Part shown: piece by piece, positions 57,147-64,000 of the stretch | How the letters are laid out: each line of letters opens with the position of its first letter | How positions within the stretch are numbered: position 1 is the first letter of the stretch | NCBI GenBank assembly: GCA_035360515.1 | Contig: DAOSAY010000008.1 | Span: forward strand, 9,230-73,229 | Origin: Bacteroidales bacterium | GTDB taxonomy: Bacteria; Bacteroidota; Bacteroidia; Bacteroidales; VadinHA17 | Direction of reading: 5' to 3' | DNA: 64,000 nucleotides | Translations under genes and position numbers: made by a program | Notes under the pieces: model-generated | Told to the model about the DNA's origin: nothing | What the model saw: only the letters and a program-made list of their open reading frames with translations | Database searches by the model: none

Positions 57147-58136
57147 TCAGTACCTGTAGTGCAGGTGAATAAAAAACATGTCAGATGCGCTTTCAGAAGG
57201 GTCTGCAGGAATTTTTCCTTGATAATCAATTGCAATACGAACACCAGGAATGAAAGTATGTTGCAATCCGAAAACTATAAGCTGGTGGTCATTTTTATAA
57301 TTCCATTCAATGATTTCACCAGGTAGAACAACAGAAGAAGAATAATCATATCTGCCAAAAAGCTGAAGTTTATCAGTCAGGTTTACTGAACCAGTAGCCG
57401 AAAAACCCCAGACATTATGCCCTCTGGTATTATCGTGATTTGTTCGGTAATTGAATTCACCTCCAATCTTAAAAACATTCCATGTAAAGCCTCCAAAACC
57501 AATAAAGGTTGATTGCCATATTCCGGCAATTTTTCTTGTATCACAGTAAACTCTCAGAATTGCATCATTTGCAGGAAAGTAATTGAATCCAAATGAAGCT
57601 TTGAGAGACCCATGGTCGTTAATAGCTACACCTCCGCCATTCATCAGGGTGAAATCGATACCTGTGCGGTTGTTGAAATTATAATCTATTGCAATTCCAA
57701 GATCATATAAACTGCCATATTTATTTATCGACTGAAACGTGTTGGCAACATATCTTTTGTCATAGAAACGAATCTGGTAAATCATGATTCTGGTACCAGT
57801 TACACCCATCCTGATCTTTAATTTTCCGTTATCATATCCGATTGATACCTCCCGTATGGGGGAATTGTTTCCTTCATGGGGGATTGAATCGAATAGTTTT
57901 GCCATGTTAAGTATTATGGAGCCTGAAAATCGACCCTCTTTCAGGAAATCACCCCCAAAATAAGCTCTCGTGATACTGAATTCAGGTTTATGAGTATTGT
58001 CGGTAATCGAAAAATGAAAATCTGTAAAAATTTCTGCAGAAGGTGTAAATATCTTTTCTTCCTGTTGTGAAAATATCTGAAATTCAGCTATTGTCAATAA
58101 AATAGTTAATATAAAAATTTGTTTAAAGTGTGACAT
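57147..58136 (-). CDS. hypothetical outer-membrane beta-barrel (porin-like) protein
   Basis: 329-aa ORF with a signal peptide, an alternating-strand pattern rich in G/Y/F/N, and the C-terminus HLHYRY. Confidence 0.5.
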   Translation of the reverse strand: MSHFKQIFILTILLTIAEFQIFSQQEEKIFTPSAEIFTDFHFSITDNTHKPEFSITRAYFGGDFLKEGRFSGSIILNMAKLFDSIPHEGNNSPIREVSIGYDNGKLKIRMGVTGTRIMIYQIRFYDKRYVANTFQSINKYGSLYDLGIAIDYNFNNRTGIDFTLMNGGGVAINDHGSLKASFGFNYFPANDAILRVYCDTRKIAGIWQSTFIGFGGFTWNVFKIGGEFNYRTNHDNTRGHNVWGFSATGSVNLTDKLQLFGRYDYSSSVVLPGEIIEWNYKNDHQLIVFGLQHTFIPGVRIAIDYQGKIPADPSESASDMFFIHLHYRY

Positions 58137-58184
58137 GATTTGAATTAATGGCAGCCAAAATTATTCAATTCTGAATAATATCAA

Positions 58185-58192
58185 TATTTTTG
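58185..58192 (+). promoter_or_regulatory. -7 promoter box (TATTTTTG) upstream of the thioredoxin-fold gene
   Basis: Perfect TAnnTTTG. It overlaps the ORF-track TTG start, which argues for a downstream ATG. Confidence 0.4.
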
Positions 58193-58204
58193 TCCGGCCA
58201 ATTA

Positions 58205-58717
58205 ATGAATAAAATTATGAAAAAAGTTTTGTTAAGTGTTTTAACTCTTTTAGCAATAGGCCTTTATGCTATTCAGACTGCTGAAGCACAGAGCAATGTA
58301 AAGCTTTACGATCCATCACTTGATGGCATGAAACAGATCAGGGAGGCTGTGGCTCAGGCAAAGAAGTCTGGAAAGCATGTTTTTATTCAGTATGGCGGCA
58401 ACTGGTGCCCGTGGTGCATTAAATTCGATGCATTCGTAAAATCCGATACGGGGCTAACACGTATTATTAATCAACATTATGTGCCTGTAAAGCTTAATTA
58501 TGATCAGACAAACCGGAATTATGAAGCAAACGAATATCTGGGAAATCCTATTCGTTTCGGTTTCCCGGTATTTATTATTCTTAATGGTGAAGGAAAAGTA
58601 CTGCACATTCAAGACAGTGCATTGTTGGAAGAGGGAGAAGATTATAACCGTCAGAAAGTTTACAGTTTCCTTAACAACTGGACTCCACCGGCGATAATCC
58701 CTGTGAGAAAACAATAG
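58205..58717 (+). CDS. secreted thioredoxin-fold protein (CPWC active site)
   Basis: Motif GGNWCPWC. The ORF's TTG at 58190 lies inside the -7 promoter box, so an ATG at 58205 or 58217 (MKKVLLSV signal peptide) is the likely start. Confidence 0.75.
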   Translation: MNKIMKKVLLSVLTLLAIGLYAIQTAEAQSNVKLYDPSLDGMKQIREAVAQAKKSGKHVFIQYGGNWCPWCIKFDAFVKSDTGLTRIINQHYVPVKLNYDQTNRNYEANEYLGNPIRFGFPVFIILNGEGKVLHIQDSALLEEGEDYNRQKVYSFLNNWTPPAIIPVRKQ

Positions 58718-58735
58718 CTGTTATTTAAATAACAG

Positions 58736-58768
58736 AAAAAAGGGATTGTTATGTACAATCCCTTTTTT
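58736..58768. terminator. bidirectional terminator between the thioredoxin-fold gene and ssb
   Basis: A6-GGGATTGT-TATGT-ACAATCCC-T6. Preceded by a second palindrome, CTGTTATTTAAATAACAG (58718-58735). Confidence 0.8.
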
Positions 58769-58800
58769 CTGAGGAAATGCAGCGCTTCACCTAAGCTTTT

Positions 58801-59163
58801 TTATTCTGCTGTCTGTTTTACCGGTGAGCCTGCAGGGCTGAGACACAGTAAGTTGCTTGCGACAATCTCGGTGGTGTATTTTGTAACACCAGTTTTATCT
58901 TCATAACTGCGGTATGCAATCCTTCCTTCAACATATACCTGCCGGCCCTTTTTAAGGTACTTTGAGGCAAAATCGGAAAGTCTGTTCCATACTACAATGT
59001 TATGCCAGGTCGTTTCGGTTACCTTCTGTCCTTCACTGTTTTTGAACGTGTCACTGGTGGCAAGAGTAAACCTTGAGACTCTTTTCCCGCTATCAAGGGT
59101 TCTGGTTTCCGGATCGTGGCCAAGATTGCCGATCAAAAGGACTCTGTTCTTCATCTGGTTCAT
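58801..59163 (-). CDS. ssb: single-stranded DNA-binding protein, short form lacking the acidic C-terminal tip
   Basis: 120-aa OB fold (NRVLLIGNLGHDPE...TTWHNIVVW...KGRQVYVEGRI). The C-terminus is ..SPAGSPVKQTAE rather than a D-D-x-P-F type tip. Confidence 0.88.
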   Translation of the reverse strand: MNQMKNRVLLIGNLGHDPETRTLDSGKRVSRFTLATSDTFKNSEGQKVTETTWHNIVVWNRLSDFASKYLKKGRQVYVEGRIAYRSYEDKTGVTKYTTEIVASNLLCLSPAGSPVKQTAE

Positions 59164-59203
59164 GACTTTAAAATTTAAGGTTAAACAATAAATTATTTCA
59201 CAG

Positions 59204-59211
59204 CAAACATA
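59204..59211 (-). promoter_or_regulatory. -7 promoter box (TATGTTTG on the minus strand) upstream of ssb
   Basis: The plus strand reads CAAACATA, 40 nt upstream of the ssb ATG at 59163. Confidence 0.4.
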
Positions 59212-59252
59212 AACCAGGTAAATAAGGTGTCTCGGTTGATAAATATTTAAAT

Positions 59253-59299
59253 TCGTTTAAAAGATATTTATAATCGTTTCTATTCGTTTGTAAACGTTT
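59253..59299. repeat. four helically phased (A/T)CGTTT repeats in the ssb / zinc-ribbon divergent region
   Basis: TCGTTT at 59253, 59274 and 59284, and ACGTTT at 59294. Spacings are 21, 10 and 10 bp. Confidence 0.4.
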
Positions 59300-59328
59300 T
59301 TTTATATCTTTATCAAAACTTTATCGCT

Positions 59329-59694
59329 GTGGAAAGAAGATGTCTCGACTGCGGTGACGTTATTCACGGACGTTCCGATAAAAAATTTTGTTCCGACCAA
59401 TGCAGGAACAATTACAATAACAAGTTAAACCGCGACACCAACAATTATGTAAGGAATGTTCATGGTTTGCTCAGGAAAAACAGGCGGATACTCTGCGACC
59501 TTTACAATGAAGGTAAAAGGGTTATCCACAGGGATGCCCTGTTTGCCCTTGGGTATAATTTCAATTTTTTTACCCATATTATTCAAACCCGCCAGGGTGA
59601 TAAGTACCACTATTGCTTTGAATACGGTTACAGGGAAAAGGATGATGAGTATATTGAGCTAACTCAGAATCTCCAGTATCTGGAGTATATCTGA
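59329..59694 (+). CDS. zinc-ribbon hypothetical protein
   Basis: 121-aa ORF with a GTG start. N-terminal C-x2-C-x14-C-x3-C (CLDCG...CSDQC) is followed by a basic region. Confidence 0.6.
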   Translation: MERRCLDCGDVIHGRSDKKFCSDQCRNNYNNKLNRDTNNYVRNVHGLLRKNRRILCDLYNEGKRVIHRDALFALGYNFNFFTHIIQTRQGDKYHYCFEYGYREKDDEYIELTQNLQYLEYI

Positions 59695-59708
59695 TCTTAT
59701 CTTGTCTT

Positions 59709-60254
59709 TTATTTTCGGATTGAGTAAGAAACATTTTCTGGTGAAAGAGGTACTAGAATCCCCCTGTAACTTACCGACTGTATGTACGAATTGTTAACAG
59801 AAGCGGAACAATAACCATTTTCACCCAGAGTAAGGTATATATCAAATTTGTCCTTGTTTGGAGTAATAGCCTCAACCTGTATATTATAAATGCCTTTCGC
59901 TTCATCGCTTTTCATTAAATATCTTCCTGTTCTGCCATTGAAATTTATCCCCGATATTTGTCTTGCGCCAAATGAACGCCCTGCATAACCTAAACTTACA
60001 GAAATTATTTCACCATTAATTATTATAAAGTTATTTCTCGGAACAAGATCTACCATCAGTCCGTCGGGGAGAATTATTTTATCCATTTTAAGGACAAAGC
60101 GCCTCGATTCAATTGCTTTTTTTATCGCCACCTGTGATGCAAGCCTCTCGGCTTTTCTTTTTTCAGCCCTCAGGGAATATGATTCTTTTGATACCGTACA
60201 TGAAAAGGCACCAATAACAAGAATAATCAGCAACAAAAATATCCTACTGTTCAT
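59709..60254 (-). CDS. hypothetical lipoprotein (tentatively DUF4251-like)
   Basis: 181-aa ORF with signal peptide plus lipobox (GAFSC). The family call is from memory only. Confidence 0.5.
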   Translation of the reverse strand: MNSRIFLLLIILVIGAFSCTVSKESYSLRAEKRKAERLASQVAIKKAIESRRFVLKMDKIILPDGLMVDLVPRNNFIIINGEIISVSLGYAGRSFGARQISGINFNGRTGRYLMKSDEAKGIYNIQVEAITPNKDKFDIYLTLGENGYCSASVNNSYIQSVSYRGILVPLSPENVSYSIRK

Positions 60255-60577
60255 AAATATCTCTTTTTCTATGATACTTCAAAATTCATGCCGCTAATTA
60301 CTTTCATGAGTTAAATTAATGTCTTTATTTACGCTACCATGGTTCTAATGTTGTTAAGGTAATTTTAAAAACACCTGTGTTTCGCGAGCAGCTTTATGAT
60401 TAACATGATGAAAAATAACCATTAAAATAACTTTAACACAGACAATGAAATATGTTAAAAATGACATTTTTAGAGATAATGAGGTAAAAAATCGTGTTCT
60501 ATATGCAACCTTTTACCCCATATTTACGTTATTAATGTGTTGATATATCTAATGGAGTCTAACTTAAATTTTGAATT

Positions 60578-61192
60578 ATGAAAAAACTATTTGTTTTATT
60601 GTTTGTATCATTGATGGCAATTCCGGCTTTTTCCCAGATTAAATTCGGTATTAAGGCCGGAGCTGCAACAGCAACAGTGCCAAAATATGATCTTTCAACA
60701 GGTACAACAAATATTGAGGCAGTGAAAGATGCTGCATGGGGTTTCCACGGAGGTTTGTTTCTGAGGTTGACCCTTCTTGGTATAAATATTCAGCCTGAGG
60801 CATATCTTGCAACCAACACTTATGAATATAAAGTAACTTCAGGTACTTTACCAGAGATTAAAAAGCAGACTTTCAATAGACTCGATATTCCTGTTCTGGT
60901 TGGGTTTAAACTGGGCCCTGTGCGGCTTAATGCAGGCCCGGCTGCTGCTATACAGATAGGCACTCCGAAAGCCCTTATCGACGATCCAAATTTCGAAGAA
61001 ATGTACCGTGGAGCAACCTTTGGCTATCAGGCAGGTTTGGGAATAGACCTGTTCAAGAAAATAACACTCGATGCCAGATATGAAGGTAGCCTCAGCGGTA
61101 AGTTCGGTGAAGCTGTTACAATTGGTGGACAAACCTTCAAACTCGACCAGCGTCAGCCAGCTTTCGTTCTGAGCGTGGGCCTTATTTTCTGA
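60578..61192 (+). CDS. small outer-membrane beta-barrel protein (OMP_b-brl_2/PorT-like)
   Basis: 204-aa ORF with a signal peptide, N-terminal FGIKAGA and C-terminal ..VLSVGLIF typical of 8-10-strand barrels. Confidence 0.7.
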   Translation: MKKLFVLLFVSLMAIPAFSQIKFGIKAGAATATVPKYDLSTGTTNIEAVKDAAWGFHGGLFLRLTLLGINIQPEAYLATNTYEYKVTSGTLPEIKKQTFNRLDIPVLVGFKLGPVRLNAGPAAAIQIGTPKALIDDPNFEEMYRGATFGYQAGLGIDLFKKITLDARYEGSLSGKFGEAVTIGGQTFKLDQRQPAFVLSVGLIF

Positions 61193-61212
61193 ACGAACAT
61201 CAATTATATTCG

Positions 61213-61243
61213 AAAAACTCTCCCTCATTGGGAGAGTTTTTTT
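61213..61243 (+). terminator. rho-independent terminator after the small OMP gene
   Basis: AAAAACTCTCCC-TCATT-GGGAGAGTTTTTTT. Confidence 0.8.
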
Positions 61244-61271
61244 ATTTTTACACAGCCTATTAACGAAGTAT

Positions 61272-62741
61272 ATGACAGAAGTAGCCGAAATGGGTTTTCC
61301 CTGGTTTCAGTTTTTGATAATATCATTTTACCTGGTTACGGCCCTTTTTATATGCTTCATGATTATTTTTGAAAACAGGGCTCCGGTAAAGACTCTTTCA
61401 TGGGTGATGGTTGTGCTTCTGGTTCCGGTAGCTGGAATCATTTTTTATCTGCTCTTCGGGCAAAATTACCGGAAACAGAAAATATTTTCGAGAAAGAGTG
61501 TCCTCGACATGGAACAACTTAGCAATATAGCTGCTTTCCAGGTAAAAACTCTGCCAGAACGGCTTAAAACGGCAAGCGAAAAAGTGCGTGAAAAGGAACA
61601 TTTGATTAAGCTGATGCTAAATAACAGCAAGTCAGTTTTAACAGAGTTCAATAAAGTAGATATCCTTATTGATGGCATCGAGACCTTCCCGTCAATGTTC
61701 ACAGCAATAAATGAGGCTAAATCTTTCATTAACATTGAGTTTTACAGGTTTGAATCTGATATTCTTGGCATGAAATTCTGCGATGCACTCATTAATAAAG
61801 CAAAGGAAGGAGTAAAGGTTAGGGTAATATATGATGATGTAGGAAGCTGGAATTTGAGTAAAAAAGTAGTAAAAAGAATGCGGGAAAGCGGAGTCGAGAT
61901 TTTTCCATTTATGCCTGTCAGGTTTCCATGGCTTACAAATAAAATAAATTACCGCAATCACAGAAAAATACTCGTTGTTGACGGAATAAAAGGCTATGTG
62001 GGCGGTTTAAACATTGCCGATAAATATCTTCATGGTCATCGTGAAATAGGTAACTGGCGCGATACCCACCTGCTTATAAGAGGGGAAGCCGTAACAGCAC
62101 TCAACTATGTATTTATGGTCGACTGGTATTTTGTTAGCGACATACTGCTTACTGATGAGGAACCCATTGATGATAAATACAAGGTTGCTGACAGGTGCTG
62201 GATTCAGGTAGCATCAAGCGGGCCCGATTCTGACTGGGCAAACATCATGCAGGTTTACTTCTCGGCAATTGCAACGGCAAGAAAATACATATACCTCTGC
62301 ACCCCATATTTTTCACCCGACGAAACAATTCTCAACGCCCTGCTTACAGCATCCCTTTCGGGTGTTGATGTCAGACTTATTCTACCCGGAAAATCTGATT
62401 CGCCAGTTTCTTACTGGAATACAAGATCATATATCAGCGAAATGATGGATGCAGGTATAAAGGTTTATCTGTATAACGACGGATTTAACCATTCAAAATA
62501 CCTGCTTGTTGATGACGTCTTTGCTTCTGTAGGCTCAGCAAACGTAGATATGAGAAGCTTTGACCTTAACTTTGAAATTGCAGCAATGATCTATGATGAA
62601 GATTTTGCAGCAAGGCTTTTGAAGGTATTTTACATCGATGTGGCAAGAAGCATTGAGGTCAAACCCGATGAGTGGAACAAACGAAAGAAAACAGAAAGAT
62701 ACAAGGAATCAATAGCACGCATTTTTGGTCCGCTGTATTAA
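61272..62741 (+). CDS. cls: cardiolipin synthase
   Basis: 489-aa ORF with two N-terminal TM helices and two HKD motifs (NHRKILVVDG and NHSKYLLVDD). Confidence 0.93.
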   Translation: MTEVAEMGFPWFQFLIISFYLVTALFICFMIIFENRAPVKTLSWVMVVLLVPVAGIIFYLLFGQNYRKQKIFSRKSVLDMEQLSNIAAFQVKTLPERLKTASEKVREKEHLIKLMLNNSKSVLTEFNKVDILIDGIETFPSMFTAINEAKSFINIEFYRFESDILGMKFCDALINKAKEGVKVRVIYDDVGSWNLSKKVVKRMRESGVEIFPFMPVRFPWLTNKINYRNHRKILVVDGIKGYVGGLNIADKYLHGHREIGNWRDTHLLIRGEAVTALNYVFMVDWYFVSDILLTDEEPIDDKYKVADRCWIQVASSGPDSDWANIMQVYFSAIATARKYIYLCTPYFSPDETILNALLTASLSGVDVRLILPGKSDSPVSYWNTRSYISEMMDAGIKVYLYNDGFNHSKYLLVDDVFASVGSANVDMRSFDLNFEIAAMIYDEDFAARLLKVFYIDVARSIEVKPDEWNKRKKTERYKESIARIFGPLY

Positions 62742-62756
62742 TCAAAATTTTTATGC

Positions 62757-63641
62757 ATGCTGAAAGAGGGAGAAGAATATATTTTTACAGCTGGTAAAGA
62801 AATCGAAACACCCGACGGGAAATTATACAGGATACTGCAAGGTCCTGATAATGTTAAATACCTCCTCAGGGCTGATTATTATAAAGAATATGAAATAACG
62901 GAAGGAAAAAGAATAACCTGTCGGGTCGACAAAATCAACTGCAGGGGAGAAGTCTTTCTCGAACCCCGCCATCCGGTTTATGAACCAGGTAAACAATATA
63001 AATTTAAGGTAGTATCACATGAATTTCGTAGCGACGACTCTGGCAATGATACAGCCGTGATCCTTGTCGAAGATGTCTTCGGAAATAAAATTGCCCTGCC
63101 ATCAGGAGTTCAAAATACTGAATTACCGGCATCAGGCTCAGAGATTCTTCTTACAGTCGAAAGAATCTTCAGAGGCAGGCCGGTTCTCTACAGACCTTCT
63201 TCCGAAAAAGGAAGGTTCAAAGGTCTTAAATACGGAGAATATTATGACTTCAGAATAGAAAAGGTATCAAAAGGCATAGACGGAGAAGAAATTTTCGTTG
63301 TTTCAGACCCGTTTGGAAGAGTTCATACAATTCCAGTTAAATATTTCAGCCATTACAACATAAATCCCGGGTCGGTATTTAAAGGACGAATCATAAAACA
63401 TTCAAGAAATAGTTCATGGAAAATTGAACCCCGCAATCCGTATTACAATAAAGATGATATAATAAGCCTTAAAGTTGAATCAGTTATGCCCGGTGTAAAC
63501 GAAAATTCTGTCATTCTAACACTGAAAGATGAATTTGGATTTGTTCATCTGGTAAATTCGAAAACCAAACCTGAAAATAAACTTGTAAAATGCAGGGTTA
63601 AAACCATCAGAAAAGGTAAACCTGAATTGTCGCTATTGTAA
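62757..63641 (+). CDS. hypothetical protein built from four ~70-aa OB/S1-like repeats
   Basis: 294-aa ORF. A repeat pattern recurs four times: G..Y.F ... l.D.FG....lP ... G..i.C.V..I..G.P.L.P. No secretion signal. Confidence 0.6.
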   Translation: MLKEGEEYIFTAGKEIETPDGKLYRILQGPDNVKYLLRADYYKEYEITEGKRITCRVDKINCRGEVFLEPRHPVYEPGKQYKFKVVSHEFRSDDSGNDTAVILVEDVFGNKIALPSGVQNTELPASGSEILLTVERIFRGRPVLYRPSSEKGRFKGLKYGEYYDFRIEKVSKGIDGEEIFVVSDPFGRVHTIPVKYFSHYNINPGSVFKGRIIKHSRNSSWKIEPRNPYYNKDDIISLKVESVMPGVNENSVILTLKDEFGFVHLVNSKTKPENKLVKCRVKTIRKGKPELSLL

Positions 63642-63751
63642 ATTTTTATTAACCATTTTGTTGATTTTCAGGTCAATTTTTAACTCATTGTTAACATAAA
63701 AATTTAATATTTATATTTTCTTTTGTAAAAAAGAAAAACATTGAACCGGCT

Positions 63752-64000
63752 ATGAAAAAACAATTGAAAATCACAGGATCGGTTGTATTCCAGGCCATTT
63801 TTGCTGTGGCTTTTATTATTTCTTTATCCATGATATCTTATTCTGCCTCAGCTCAGGATAAAGTGAGACAGCAAGGAGATAAAATGACTGAACTTCTCGA
63901 CAGGCTCGAGAAAGGGGAGAATATTACTCTCGAAGATCTGAAGTCTGCTTTCGGGGAAGGAAATATGTCCTTTGTCCCTGAATTACCTCCTTTGCCTGAA
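63752..64000 (+). CDS. hypothetical secreted protein (5' partial, runs off the window)
   Basis: ATG at 63752 followed by 83 open codons to the window edge. Signal peptide ...SYSASA-QD. Not in the ORF track because no stop is reached. Confidence 0.5.
   Translation, partial: MKKQLKITGSVVFQAIFAVAFIISLSMISYSASAQDKVRQQGDKMTELLDRLEKGENITLEDLKSAFGEGNMSFVPELPPLPE

Noticed and set aside
1-64000. Search by eye for tRNA/rRNA genes, CRISPR repeat-spacer arrays, IS elements, integrases, phage or conjugation genes, toxin-antitoxin or known defence-system genes.
   Set aside because: None was found. All intergenic gaps longer than 200 bp (3749-4045, 10724-11022, 15780-16032, 19370-19613, 28777-29063, 60255-60577) are AT-rich promoter-like DNA without cloverleaf-type or array-type structure. 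Covariance-model scans (tRNAscan-SE, Infernal/Rfam) would be needed to exclude small RNAs.

Overview
AT-rich chromosomal core segment. It looks like Bacteroidota (Bacteroidales/Marinilabiliales-like), judged from many perfect TAnnTTTG '-7' promoter boxes, almost no Shine-Dalgarno sites, CarboxypepD_reg-TonB receptors, a TPR/beta-propeller OmpA protein and a BT_3928-like DoxX protein. I call 58 protein-coding genes, one of them partial at the 3' edge. They are tightly packed and mostly housekeeping: rfbA-rfbC-rfbD plus ugd, rpsA, rnz, guaA, clpB, gcvT, a serC-serA-DUF1015-yggS-pyrD-like operon, uvrA, rsmE, a tmk-DoxX-tpiA operon, folP-cdaA, iorAB, ssb and cls. I found no rRNA, tRNA, CRISPR array, IS element, integrase or prophage gene, so this is not an obvious accessory island. 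The best candidate for something undescribed is an orphan SiaB/SiaC-like kinase-phosphoprotein pair (11023-11987). It has no SiaA phosphatase or SiaD cyclase, and it shares a terminator with a 1022-aa ABCG-type transporter that carries a large N-terminal sensor-like region. It lies among other scattered partner-switching parts: two STAS proteins and an Hpt-STAS bicistron. Other items worth a second look:
- a 1494-aa secreted protein of unknown function, overlapping the rsmE ORF
- an ankyrin-repeat/beta-barrel fusion with a Cys-rich lipoprotein
- an SPFH-RHH operon with three 11-bp-phased TGATAT repeats over its promoter
- a 113-codon K/E-rich N-terminal extension on ribosomal protein S1
- a tail-less SSB next to phased CGTTT repeats
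All family assignments come from motif and sequence recognition by eye. No HMM or BLAST search was run.
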